The position numbers were made by a program, and so were the translations under genes. The notes beneath the pieces were generated by a model. It had not been told where the DNA came from and searched no databases. It saw only the letters and a list, made by a program, of their open reading frames with translations. A stretch of 64,000 nucleotides of DNA, taken from positions 128,001-192,000 of the IMG/VR virus record IMGVR_UViG_3300034126_000020, one strand, 5' to 3'. This DNA comes from a virus. Its lineage: Duplodnaviria; Caudoviricetes. Below are positions 45,256 to 54,121 of this stretch, piece after piece (positions within the stretch are counted from its first letter, which is position 1; the number at the start of each line of letters is the position of its first letter).

Positions 45256-45541
45256 CAAACACCTCCACCAGTTGGAAGTCACCTAACTGATCGACGAAGT
45301 GACTGGTCGAGTGGGACAGATCTTCGACGACGTCATGGATGATGCTGGCCAGCTCTGACTGGATCGACTCGGGAAGCCGGTCATTCATCATGGGCTCGTT
45401 CATCATGTCAGAATGACGATGGAGCCTTCCAGCGGCGGCGGATAGGTACGCGAATAGTTGGTCGAGTGACAGGCCTGTGGCCTCCAGTACCCGAGCCACA
45501 TTCTGTAAGAACTCGCCACTGGTTTCCAAGGTGATAATCAC
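45077..45541 (-). CDS. Small protein, paralogue-array member
   Basis: GTG start at VIITLET; QLVEVFDDDSAIVEI motif. Confidence 0.55.
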   Translation of the reverse strand: MIITLETSGEFLQNVARVLEATGLSLDQLFAYLSAAAGRLHRHSDMMNEPMMNDRLPESIQSELASIIHDVVEDLSHSTSHFVDQLGDFQLVEVFDDDSAIVEITPRTTGDPTVDPASIVYPRRRKLAPKYQSKTAGRHGVLSITGRHQEHDRD

Positions 45542-45923
45542 TTTGGTCTCGGGAGGCTTGGATGTAGAGATCTTCGTCGGGCTCCCAGTAGACAACCTTG
45601 AGGAGGCTGAATGGCTTCCGAGTGCGCCAATTCTGACCTGATCCAGAAGATTTATCGGTAGTCTCATAAAAAGTCCTGAGGTTATCAAAGAGGGTGTAGA
45701 AGGTGGAGTAGATGTCGTCGCACCACCAGTTCAGTTCCTCTTCCATATCCGGATTGTTGTCGTTGATGTCCTCCAGATAGAAGGCGTCATCGAAGACAAA
45801 ATACGCGATGGCGGCATAGAGTAAAGCTGAGGCACCAATGTGATCGGCTAACTTCTTGCCGAGCATATCGAATGCCTCATCATACGGTAGATTCAAAGCG
45901 ATTGAGCTTATTCCAGTCGACAA
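45408..45923 (-). CDS. Small protein, paralogue-array member
   Basis: GAGA/GAGG RBS; KVVYWEPDEDLYIQA motif. Confidence 0.6.
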   Translation of the reverse strand: MSTGISSIALNLPYDEAFDMLGKKLADHIGASALLYAAIAYFVFDDAFYLEDINDNNPDMEEELNWWCDDIYSTFYTLFDNLRTFYETTDKSSGSGQNWRTRKPFSLLKVVYWEPDEDLYIQASRDQSDYHLGNQWRVLTECGSGTGGHRPVTRPTIRVPIRRRWKAPSSF

Positions 45924-46368
45924 CTCGTCTCACCTCTATTACCATTACGCCATCACAGTATTCAAGAACCCGGCAATCGGAACAAGCATTCCTGAGCAGG
46001 CCCTTGAAGCAGGCTTGCATGATACTGTTGACAGCGTGGATATTCATGCGCTCAGCAGCAAGTACTGATTCACGCACGCGGTTTATCCATGAACGGCCGG
46101 CTCGGGTGTCAAGCACATCTCGGGCAATGATGGCACAGTTGATCATCTCGACCATAGGAATCATGATGCCAATCTTGCCCAATCGCCTGTAATGGCGTTT
46201 GAACTCATCATGATCCATAGGCGATTCAATCAGGACGTACTGGGTGTGGTCGGGCGCCTGCCCTACCGTCACCCGACTCACTGTGTATGGCTCATAGGCC
46301 CGAGGATATAAGCTCTTCGAGCGCTCGACGTAACCGTTCAGGATAGAAATCTCCCTGCGCTTGAGCAT
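45880..46368 (-). CDS. Small protein, paralogue-array member
   Basis: RVLEYCDGVMVIEV motif. Confidence 0.6.
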   Translation of the reverse strand: MLKRREISILNGYVERSKSLYPRAYEPYTVSRVTVGQAPDHTQYVLIESPMDHDEFKRHYRRLGKIGIMIPMVEMINCAIIARDVLDTRAGRSWINRVRESVLAAERMNIHAVNSIMQACFKGLLRNACSDCRVLEYCDGVMVIEVRRVVDWNKLNRFESTV

Positions 46369-46735
46369 GGTTGAAGTCTTCCTTTAATCGGTGGCTAGGC
46401 TTTGGCACCGGGCGAGGACGTTGCTCCACGAACAAGGATTCGTTCAGTGGATGGTACTCCAGTTCAAGGGAGTACTTTTTAAGATCAGTCCCGGTTTCAA
46501 CCAACCGGCGGAATTGATCTACAATGTCATCGACAGGGGAGTAGTCTGAAAGGTTGCCCTTAACCGACTCGATCACATCATCAACCAACGTGGCTGATTC
46601 AGTCCGGTTGTATGAATGAACCATCGCTATCACAGCTTTGGTCACGGTAGAGGAAAAGCATGAGCCATGCTGCTCAAGGAACATCTCCCTGAGCATCGTC
46701 TCAACTTCCCCAGTGGAGACTAGGAATGTTGTCAT
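46292..46735 (-). CDS. Small protein, paralogue-array member
   Basis: LELEYHPLNESLFVE motif. Confidence 0.65.
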   Translation of the reverse strand: MTTFLVSTGEVETMLREMFLEQHGSCFSSTVTKAVIAMVHSYNRTESATLVDDVIESVKGNLSDYSPVDDIVDQFRRLVETGTDLKKYSLELEYHPLNESLFVEQRPRPVPKPSHRLKEDFNHAQAQGDFYPERLRRALEELISSGL

Positions 46736-46746
46736 CTGAGCACCTG

Positions 46747-47355
46747 TTACTGACGGCTGAGCTGCTCCATGTACATGCGCTTGACTTCGTCACGGATGAC
46801 CGGGTTGTGAATGTCCTTGAATGTTTCACGAATGCAGTAGTCAATGTACTCACTGTATTCTTCAAGGTCGTCCACTTCACGCACCATCTTCGGCGGAGTG
46901 AGGCGCTTGACTTGGCGGAGCAAGTCCTTATACCGTTGTAGCAGTGGGTCACTTTTTACCTCGATGATGAGGTCTTCAGTGAACTTCACGTGCCGGAACT
47001 CTACCTGACGAGTCCCGATGTTCTTCAAGATCGTGTTGATCATCGGATCGATGGTCATCATGATGGCCATGAAGTGCTCATCGCACTCCGCGCACAGATC
47101 GTCCACTTCATCGTGGGACATTGCACGCGTTGGATACCCCAATGCCTTGATCAGTATTTCGAGCGGGTCTGGCTTTCTCCGAAGGTGTCGCATGGACATC
47201 TGGATATAAGCTTGCGCGAAAGCCGCAGCGGCTTCCACCAGAACCTCATTTCTACGCGGACCACTGCTCTCGACTGTATGACCTCGTGGCCACAAGTCCA
47301 GTGTATCGTCGAGGTAAGACACTACCTCTGAAATGGGAACTGAGATGTTCTGCAC
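46747..47355 (-). CDS. Small protein, paralogue-array member with a C-terminal extension
   Basis: 202 aa; VEFRHVKFTEDLIIEV motif. Confidence 0.7.
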   Translation of the reverse strand: MQNISVPISEVVSYLDDTLDLWPRGHTVESSGPRRNEVLVEAAAAFAQAYIQMSMRHLRRKPDPLEILIKALGYPTRAMSHDEVDDLCAECDEHFMAIMMTIDPMINTILKNIGTRQVEFRHVKFTEDLIIEVKSDPLLQRYKDLLRQVKRLTPPKMVREVDDLEEYSEYIDYCIRETFKDIHNPVIRDEVKRMYMEQLSRQ

Positions 47356-47359
47356 GGTT

Positions 47360-47704
47360 TCACTCCAAACTAAGTCTTTTTCTTTTGACCATGACCAGGA
47401 TCTCGTTGGTCATTTCGATCGCTACGACGTAACGTTGCAAGTGCGCGATTACGTTTCTATCCAGCTGATCGACGAATGTCATCCCACACCGGTCCTGAAG
47501 AGCATGGATCTGTCGGTACTGGCTGTCCAACGATTTGCACCGTGGGGTAGATGAGACTAAAGTCATTCCGGTTTTCTCAACCAGCTCTCGTTCGATCACA
47601 TACTGCCATGCAAGCAACGATAGTTCTCCACCCTCGTCAATGGTACCAATGAGGAACGAAACGTCGAACACGAGCGCTGTAGGGCCCTTAAATTCGATGT
47701 TCAT
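47360..47704 (-). CDS. Small protein, first gene of the array
   Basis: 114 aa, GAGGGG RBS. Confidence 0.65.
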   Translation of the reverse strand: MNIEFKGPTALVFDVSFLIGTIDEGGELSLLAWQYVIERELVEKTGMTLVSSTPRCKSLDSQYRQIHALQDRCGMTFVDQLDRNVIAHLQRYVVAIEMTNEILVMVKRKRLSLE

Positions 47705-47762
47705 ACATGTCCCCTCAAAGGATACCGGGTGTTGGTATTTAAAGACCTAAAAAATAACCCAC

Positions 47763-47788
47763 TGAGAGCAGGGAAGTCCCTGCTCTCA
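47763..47788. terminator. Strong hairpin terminator
   Basis: tgagagcaggg-aagt-ccctgctctca with an A-tract. Confidence 0.7.
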
Positions 47789-47798
47789 TTATGGAGTG

Positions 47799-48008
47799 TC
47801 ACCCCAAGCTCGGCCAACCATCATTACCGATCGGGTCGGACTTGTTCAGCGCAGGACCGTGCTTCTCGAAGCTGTAGCGCTCTTCAGGGAACTGATGGTG
47901 CCACTCGCCATTCTTGCAGCGGCCACATTCGTAGCCAGGACCCGTTTGCTGAGTCGCATGGATGTTGTCGACTTGGCCACAGGTCTCACATTCAAACACG
48001 TCGGTCAT
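47799..48008 (-). CDS. Small Zn-ribbon protein
   Basis: CETC...CGRC; AAGGAAGG RBS. Confidence 0.7.
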   Translation of the reverse strand: MTDVFECETCGQVDNIHATQQTGPGYECGRCKNGEWHHQFPEERYSFEKHGPALNKSDPIGNDGWPSLG

Positions 48009-48059
48009 GATTCTTTCCTTCCTTAAAGGGTTCTGTATACACCTTGATGATGTATGGCT

Positions 48060-48395
48060 TCAAAAGTTTGCAGGTACACGAACCCGGCGTTGTCCACGCA
48101 TTACTGGTTGATCGGGGGTGACGTCGTAGTAGTCGTAGATGCCCACCACGCGGTTATCTTCCGTGACATAGGCATAGTCACAGAGTTTGTCTTGGCGATT
48201 GGCCTGACAGGCCTCCAGAGCCTCTACAAGGGAAGGGTAAGGAGGGCTGGTCTGCACCAGACGCTTAGCCGAATGCTGAGCCACGTATTCCTTATCTTTA
48301 AGCTCCTTGTCTTCACGGGCTTTGTTTTCAGTCTCAGCCCGCAGTTCCAGATCCTGACGATAGGCTTCCAGTGGACTCAGCAACGACTTGGTCAT
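48060..48395 (-). CDS. Hypothetical protein
   Basis: 111 aa in an operon. Confidence 0.6.
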   Translation of the reverse strand: MTKSLLSPLEAYRQDLELRAETENKAREDKELKDKEYVAQHSAKRLVQTSPPYPSLVEALEACQANRQDKLCDYAYVTEDNRVVGIYDYYDVTPDQPVMRGQRRVRVPANF

Positions 48396-48809
48396 TTACG
48401 TTTCCTTCTTAAACAGGTCAGTGAGGTATTCGTTCCCGAACGGTGAATCGCTATCGGAGGCCTTGCCGACTGGCTTGATGGACTGATAGTAGTAGTAGTT
48501 CGGGTTGATGTGTGGGAACCACGTCTTGAGCTTCTCAACCGACCGCTTCGGACTGACGTCGTAGTCATGGATCATGTAGTCCACGCCTTTGAACGTCATG
48601 CCGATGCTGTAGTTGACCGAACCGTCTTCCATCTCGTGCTTGACCATGATAGCGCAGCAAGGCGCGTCATCTTGTTTCCACACGAGTTCGTTGTACGGTT
48701 CAAGCAAGGCATGGATCTGCTTATCTTCACTGTTGGACAGGAACATAAGCAGATCCACCAAGGACGCCGTGGAGTCTGCTGCGTGCAGGACGGTCGTCAG
48801 TTTGATCAT
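48396..48809 (-). CDS. Hypothetical protein
   Basis: 137 aa in an operon. Confidence 0.65.
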   Translation of the reverse strand: MIKLTTVLHAADSTASLVDLLMFLSNSEDKQIHALLEPYNELVWKQDDAPCCAIMVKHEMEDGSVNYSIGMTFKGVDYMIHDYDVSPKRSVEKLKTWFPHINPNYYYYQSIKPVGKASDSDSPFGNEYLTDLFKKET

Positions 48810-49612
48810 TCGGCTTTCTCAACCGGCAGAGTCGTGTAGGTAGGGCTGAACTGACTTGGAGAAGTCTCGATCGTCGATTCCGAGATGATGCCGACGTCAG
48901 GACTGCGTGGATGTACGCGTGGACCACGGAAGAGTGGGCGTGGTTCAGTCTGACTGCTGTCTCGCCAGGTCTTGACCACTTTCAGAGGAGACCAAGCCAA
49001 CAGGATGTCAGCTTGAGTCGCAGCCTTGTTCTCTTCGAAGTGCACGGTTCGCCACTTACCTTCACCGTCCAGCAATTGAAGGGAACCCTTCTTGCCATTG
49101 CGCAGGTAGTTAATCTGCACCAGCTCATTAATGGTCAGAAGCTCAGGGAGCATCTCGCCGACTGGCATGAGTTGGTGGTTGAGAATGGTGTCACGCAGAC
49201 CCATGTACAACAGCATGTTCTTGAACACCTTGCGGCGGATTTTACGCGGCTTGCTGCCCAGATGGATGCGATTCTTCTCACGCATCTTGGCCTTGAGCTT
49301 CTTGCCAGCCCAGCCGATCAGGAGATCTTGCTCCGTCACGTTCTCACGATCAAACATGGCCATGTAATCTTTGCCGGCACGTTTGGCGTACTTCATCAAC
49401 TTGGCTTGGAAGTTGGACTTCGTAGCGCAAAGGTTGCTTGGGTACTTGGTGTCTTGGCGAAGAATACCGCGCCACAGTTGACGCCGGTACAGTTCAACGT
49501 TATTCAGATAACTCATCTTGCGGGGTTCCTTGATGGAGTAGCCGCTGAGGCCGTGCTTGTTTCGAAGCACGACCCCATCAGCGCCAATAGAGAGGTTAGA
49601 GTGGAAGTCCAT
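48806..49612 (-). CDS. Basic hypothetical protein
   Basis: 268 aa; K/R-rich middle. Confidence 0.65.
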   Translation of the reverse strand: MDFHSNLSIGADGVVLRNKHGLSGYSIKEPRKMSYLNNVELYRRQLWRGILRQDTKYPSNLCATKSNFQAKLMKYAKRAGKDYMAMFDRENVTEQDLLIGWAGKKLKAKMREKNRIHLGSKPRKIRRKVFKNMLLYMGLRDTILNHQLMPVGEMLPELLTINELVQINYLRNGKKGSLQLLDGEGKWRTVHFEENKAATQADILLAWSPLKVVKTWRDSSQTEPRPLFRGPRVHPRSPDVGIISESTIETSPSQFSPTYTTLPVEKAE

Positions 49613-50322
49613 CAGAACTTGAAGTTCGTCGGGAGTCCACCTTCTTCGAGGTTTGCCGGGGTGTGGAACTTGACCAGCTCTTCGTAACGAGACTTGGCTT
49701 CGTCCATGTTGTTCGCCGGGTAGATCTCGATGGTCAGGGTTTCCCAGGTCTTGTACTCGGCCTGGAACTCATTGCTTGGGTGAACGCCGTATTCCAACTT
49801 GTGGTTGTTCAGTTGGATGGCGTAGTCCAGGTCATCGCTGTAGCCCAGGATGTTGAAGGTGTCGTCTTCGTCGTCGAAGATACGGAACGCACCGATCTTT
49901 CGTGGTGCAACTTTGAAGTCGTCAGCGTGCACTTCTTTGAGCCAGCTTGGCTCTTGGAAGTTGGCGTTGAAACCGTAGCGCGTGGCGTTGTTCTCGAAGA
50001 CGGTGATCTCCGTGGCTTCAGGCCAGAAGGTCGTGATGTCGTCGATGCTTTCCACATAGGCCATCATCATGTTGGCATCGTGGGACATGCGCACGATCCA
50101 GTACGGGTGGTACAGAGGCCAAGCAATCGGGCGGGAGTCGTGGATGTATTCCGGGTCGTCGAGGTGACGCGGAGGTACCGGCGACAGGAAGCCCACACGG
50201 AACAGTGGCGTGCCACCGTAGACCGGTTGCCAGATGAACGCTTGCTCAGCGTGTGGCTTGGTGATGAGTTCGTACATCGGCTTACCGTCAAGGCCGAGGA
50301 TGACTTCTTTCTTCTGGCTCAT
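49612..50322 (-). CDS. Two-domain protein with a C-terminal degenerate GIY-YIG domain
   Basis: C-terminal ~80 aa aligns by eye to the GIY-YIG domain of 13776..14405. Confidence 0.7.
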   Translation of the reverse strand: MSQKKEVILGLDGKPMYELITKPHAEQAFIWQPVYGGTPLFRVGFLSPVPPRHLDDPEYIHDSRPIAWPLYHPYWIVRMSHDANMMMAYVESIDDITTFWPEATEITVFENNATRYGFNANFQEPSWLKEVHADDFKVAPRKIGAFRIFDDEDDTFNILGYSDDLDYAIQLNNHKLEYGVHPSNEFQAEYKTWETLTIEIYPANNMDEAKSRYEELVKFHTPANLEEGGLPTNFKF

Positions 50323-50332
50323 GTTGTAACTC

Positions 50333-50692
50333 CTAGCAGATGGGGCTAATGATGATGACCGTATCGTCAAGCTTGAAGCCTGGGATCGGCAATGGATCGC
50401 TCATGTCGGTGTAACCCAGTCCCGTGTTCATATCCACGAAGATCAGGCCAGCCAACACACGCTCAGGCGTAGTGGTGATTTCAAGGAACTCACGACGAGC
50501 TCCTTCAGCACTACGGACAGGTGGGTGCATGGTGTCTTGCGGTCTCGGATGTGACTCGACGCGCATGGTGATTGTGTGGTCAATGAAACGACCGAATACG
50601 CGGTAGACCTTTTCGCTGCCACCACGAATGAATTCGTCGCCCGGTAACAGGCGCTTGATGTTGATGGGGGTGCCTTGGCGTGCCTGTACCAT
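50333..50692 (-). CDS. Hypothetical protein
   Basis: Start MVQARQG with GGAG RBS, after the PhuZ terminator. Confidence 0.6.
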   Translation of the reverse strand: MVQARQGTPINIKRLLPGDEFIRGGSEKVYRVFGRFIDHTITMRVESHPRPQDTMHPPVRSAEGARREFLEITTTPERVLAGLIFVDMNTGLGYTDMSDPLPIPGFKLDDTVIIISPIC

Positions 50693-50717
50693 TGTAACTC
50701 CTACATGCGGCATAAAG

Positions 50718-50742
50718 ACCGTGGAAGATCCCCCTCCACGGT
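50718..50742 (-). terminator. Hairpin downstream of phuZ
   Basis: accgtgga...tccacggt. Confidence 0.55.
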
Positions 50743-50750
50743 CCTTGTGT

Positions 50751-51740
50751 TTACCAAACCAGGCCGGAGGCCGTTGGCTTGTCCTTGTCGCCAGTGAACG
50801 CGACTGCTTCAGTAGCAGCTTGTTCTTGGTCGGCGATTTCACGCTCGAGGTCTTCGACGCGCTTACGCAGTTCACCCATGGAGCCGTTTTCGATACCGAA
50901 GAACAGGCTGCCTTTGGCTTGTGCGATGGAAGGCATTACGCCGTAAGTGCTGTAAGGCACGAACATTTCCGGAGTCGGATCGGTGGCTTCACGCAGCAGG
51001 TAAGCAGAGGCCAGAGCGCCGCTACGCATCAGCTTGGTGAAGTCTTCGATGTTGTCCGACACGTGCATGCGGCACAGTTGGGCACGAGCCTTGGTCGACT
51101 TGGTGAAGTTGAACAGCGACTTCAAGTCTGCGGTGTCCAGGCCGTGGTTACGGCGAGAGACCAGAGCAGCCAAAGCGGTGATCATCAGGTGCGCTTCGTT
51201 GTCGACAGCTTTGTCAGTCATCTGGCCGGCTTTGTTGAAGCCCAGGTGAATGATGCCCGGCATGCCGCAGGAGCGCGAGATGTTGTCCAGGGTCTTCACG
51301 CCACCGATGGTGTTCTCGGCGTTGCGGATGGCCTGTTGTGCCCAGACCACGATACCCATGGCCATGTGACCATCGTCCAGCAGCTTCTTCAGGATCAGGG
51401 GACCCGATACCGAACCAGTACCGCCAGCCAACGTGAAGACCACAACGGTCATGTCAGCAGGTGGGAACTTGCGCAAGATGTCAGGAACAGCTTTGGCAAT
51501 CGCTTCAGCGTTTTCAGGACGCAGGCCGCCTGAGCCGTCCAGACCATCGAACAGCCAGGTCTTGTCAACCAGACGGTCATCGAGGTTGGAGTCAGAGGTG
51601 TCCACGAAGCAAACTTCGATGTTCGCGACGTCGGCGCTGTGACCAGCTTCCAGGTATTCCTTAGCGATGTTGACACCGCCGCCACCACAGCCGATGATGC
51701 GCATGGTGCCTACAGGACGATTAGAGAGACCGTGACTCAT
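50751..51740 (-). CDS. phuZ: PhuZ phage tubulin
   Basis: IIGCGGGGVNIA, DTS, GLDGSG and AGGTGS tubulin signatures; 329 aa from MSHGL. Confidence 0.95.
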   Translation of the reverse strand: MSHGLSNRPVGTMRIIGCGGGGVNIAKEYLEAGHSADVANIEVCFVDTSDSNLDDRLVDKTWLFDGLDGSGGLRPENAEAIAKAVPDILRKFPPADMTVVVFTLAGGTGSVSGPLILKKLLDDGHMAMGIVVWAQQAIRNAENTIGGVKTLDNISRSCGMPGIIHLGFNKAGQMTDKAVDNEAHLMITALAALVSRRNHGLDTADLKSLFNFTKSTKARAQLCRMHVSDNIEDFTKLMRSGALASAYLLREATDPTPEMFVPYSTYGVMPSIAQAKGSLFFGIENGSMGELRKRVEDLEREIADQEQAATEAVAFTGDKDKPTASGLVW

Positions 51741-51786
51741 TGTGACTACCTCATTGAGGGTTGTTGATTTGGGTGTTGCACACAAT

Positions 51787-51797
51787 GATAATGTATC
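51787..51797 (-). promoter_or_regulatory. Early promoter motif GATACATTATC
   Basis: Exact copy 47 nt upstream of phuZ. Confidence 0.7.
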
Positions 51798-51813
51798 ACT
51801 GTGGAAAAGTTGA

Positions 51814-52473
51814 CTAGCTGCCTACACGGGCTGCTGCTGCGGTCAGCTTACGAAGACCTTTGCGTTCACGGCCCTCGTTGATGATCATGAGCATCTGTGC
51901 TTGCAGCCGGTCGCCGAACATGTTCTTCTCTTCAATGAAGTTCAGTCGGGCATAGATTTGTTCGATAAGGTCGCGTTCGCTCTCACCGAAGTAACGGAAG
52001 ATCCCGGTGTAAGCGTGCATCATCGTTTGCAAGCTATCCACGACTTCACCGATGGGATTGGTCTGGGCCATGTGGTCGATGTCCTCGACAGTCTTGGCCA
52101 GTGCACCCACTTTACGGATCAGTTCTGGGAAGCAGCATTCGAACGCCCAGAACGTCTGTTGACGTGGGCGGTCGCTGTACAGCTTATTTGCCACGTTCAG
52201 CATGGAGAGGCTGACGATCATGCCATCTACACACAGGCGCTGGATGATGGCTTTCGCATCTTCGTCTTCATGGAACGCAGGACGTCCCGTCACGGCCCGG
52301 ACTTCGGTGTCGAACAGGGTGAACAGCTTCGAGGTGTACTTGCAATGGTGTAGGACCAAATGCGTTAAACGGTGCGGTTTGGTCAGGTTGTAGATGTCGC
52401 CATGAAACAAGCGATCGTGCAGCTCTTGGCGAAACTGAACCTCATCCCACAAACCAGCGATGTCGTTATTCAC
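51814..52473 (-). CDS. All-alpha protein, possible MazG-like NTP pyrophosphatase fold
   Basis: Q..HD...H.DI....RL.H..LH..KY...D..I pattern. Confidence 0.45.
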   Translation of the reverse strand: MNNDIAGLWDEVQFRQELHDRLFHGDIYNLTKPHRLTHLVLHHCKYTSKLFTLFDTEVRAVTGRPAFHEDEDAKAIIQRLCVDGMIVSLSMLNVANKLYSDRPRQQTFWAFECCFPELIRKVGALAKTVEDIDHMAQTNPIGEVVDSLQTMMHAYTGIFRYFGESERDLIEQIYARLNFIEEKNMFGDRLQAQMLMIINEGRERKGLRKLTAAAARVGS

Positions 52474-52533
52474 GCTATGCTCCTTTTCTATTATCCAATC
52501 ATGTGTACCTTCGTCTTATCGAGGCAAGTCACC

Positions 52534-53361
52534 ATGATGGACCTTATCACAATTGCCCTTGACAGGGTAGGTTTCGAAATTCCGCAGGAGGTGCTCCGCT
52601 ATACCTTCTCACCCACCCGCTATGACCCGTCCAAGAATGGACTGATCCGTGACTACAGCACTGGCGTCAGCAACGACACCGTGATCCGCCGTCAAGTGAT
52701 CGATGCCCGCGTAATGGTGGACATCAACCTGTGTTCTGGCGTAGAGCTGTTCATCCCACTGAACGGTTGCCCAGCGAAGATGGTTGACCGCTGGACGTAC
52801 GTCTACACGATTCCCAAGGAGTTGACCCAAGGCCGGTCGATCACAGTCCCCTACGGGCTGAGTTACGGTCAAGGCAACAACATGGGTCAGGCAGGCTCTT
52901 TCGCTGAAGACCGTTCGATGGTCTTGGAAGCGGCAGCCGGTCTGATCCAGTCCAACTCTGCCTGGACTCAAGTGCAGACAGCGTACTGCACACTGGTGGC
53001 CGACAACGTCGTTGAAATCACCAATATGAGTCGTGTCCCGGGGATCAGTTACTTGCGCTGCTTGGTCAGCCATGAACCGAACCTTGCGAACATTCCCCCA
53101 CACTACGCAGACAAGTTCACCGAACTGGTGATCCTGGCTGTGAAGGCGTACATCTACACGCGGACTATCATTCCATTGGATGAAGGTGCAATCCGCGGTG
53201 GTGCTTCGTTGGGTCGGATTCGCGAGATCGTCGATTCGTTTGCTGATGCCAACCAGATGTACAAGGAGTTCCTCAAGGACAACTGGCGCAAGTCGGGCGT
53301 CATGGCGAACCGTGCACAGCATCATCGCCTACTCCGGTATACAGTAGGCAGCCGCCGTTAA
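52534..53361 (+). CDS. Conserved core protein, probably a virion component
   Basis: Start MMDLITIAL with GAGG RBS; 275 aa; opposite strand to the early genes. Confidence 0.7.
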   Translation: MMDLITIALDRVGFEIPQEVLRYTFSPTRYDPSKNGLIRDYSTGVSNDTVIRRQVIDARVMVDINLCSGVELFIPLNGCPAKMVDRWTYVYTIPKELTQGRSITVPYGLSYGQGNNMGQAGSFAEDRSMVLEAAAGLIQSNSAWTQVQTAYCTLVADNVVEITNMSRVPGISYLRCLVSHEPNLANIPPHYADKFTELVILAVKAYIYTRTIIPLDEGAIRGGASLGRIREIVDSFADANQMYKEFLKDNWRKSGVMANRAQHHRLLRYTVGSRR

Positions 53362-53391
53362 GAAAGACAGGAAACAAAGAAAAAAGAAAGG

Positions 53392-53407
53392 GGAGCCCGA
53401 AGGCTCC
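53392..53407. terminator. Terminator between convergent genes
   Basis: ggagcc-cgaa-ggctcc with aaagaaaaaagaaag flank. Confidence 0.75.
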
Positions 53408-53420
53408 TCTCTCTATTCCG

Positions 53421-53561
53421 TTACTTCTTGAAAGAAGCTTTATAACGGAAGCGGAGGCCGTCTTCCGACACCTCCTTTTCGATCACGGTGCAGTCGCGAA
53501 GGCACTTCACGAAAGCTACACCGACGAAGCCGATGATGGCTCCAGTAATGAAACGACCCAT
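53421..53561 (-). CDS. 46-aa single-TM microprotein (MGRFITGAIIGFVGVAFV...)
   Basis: Manual translation; AAGGAG RBS. Confidence 0.7.
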   Translation of the reverse strand: MGRFITGAIIGFVGVAFVKCLRDCTVIEKEVSEDGLRFRYKASFKK

Positions 53562-53571
53562 GGTGGGCTCC

Positions 53572-53700
53572 TTACGTTACAGGGGTGTCGGGTGTCGGCT
53601 CAGTAGGAGCAGCCGGTTTGAGGGTCTTGCGGTGTTCGTCGGTCTTGTCCAGGAAGCAGTAGACAACAGCACCGGCTACAAAGCCCAGAATGAAACGCAT
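53572..53700 (-). CDS. 42-aa single-TM microprotein (MRFILGFVAGAVVYCFL...)
   Basis: Manual translation; GAGGAG RBS. Confidence 0.7.
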   Translation of the reverse strand: MRFILGFVAGAVVYCFLDKTDEHRKTLKPAAPTEPTPDTPVT

Positions 53701-53713
53701 GGTGTTCTCCTCG

Positions 53714-54076
53714 TTAAACAGCTTCGCGCAGTTCTACGCGGTCGATGAAGCCAGGGCACAGCGGGTTACGCTTCTGGCCTTCGTTGTATTCGTCAACGCC
53801 CAACTGGACATCACCGAATGGTTTGATCACGCCACCCACCGACCAAGTCGACAGGTGTGGTCGACCTTCCTCATCGAGGTAGATCGAGTTGATGCTGAAG
53901 TGAGAGACGCGACCGTAAAGGGCCACGACTTCTTCACGACCACCGGCTTTGTGGACACCCACAGCGCAGATGGTCTCCAGCCCACGTTTCGAATCGTGGT
54001 TGTCGATGATCTTGAAGCCAGCAGCTTTAACGGCTTCGATGATTTGTGCTGGAGTTGCTTTAGGCAGAGTGTTCAT
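53714..54076 (-). CDS. Hypothetical protein
   Basis: 120 aa, AGGAG RBS. Confidence 0.7.
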   Translation of the reverse strand: MNTLPKATPAQIIEAVKAAGFKIIDNHDSKRGLETICAVGVHKAGGREEVVALYGRVSHFSINSIYLDEEGRPHLSTWSVGGVIKPFGDVQLGVDEYNEGQKRNPLCPGFIDRVELREAV

Positions 54077-54121
54077 GGTGTATCTCCTGATGTACTGGTT
54101 AGGGTTTGTGTAGCGGGGTTG

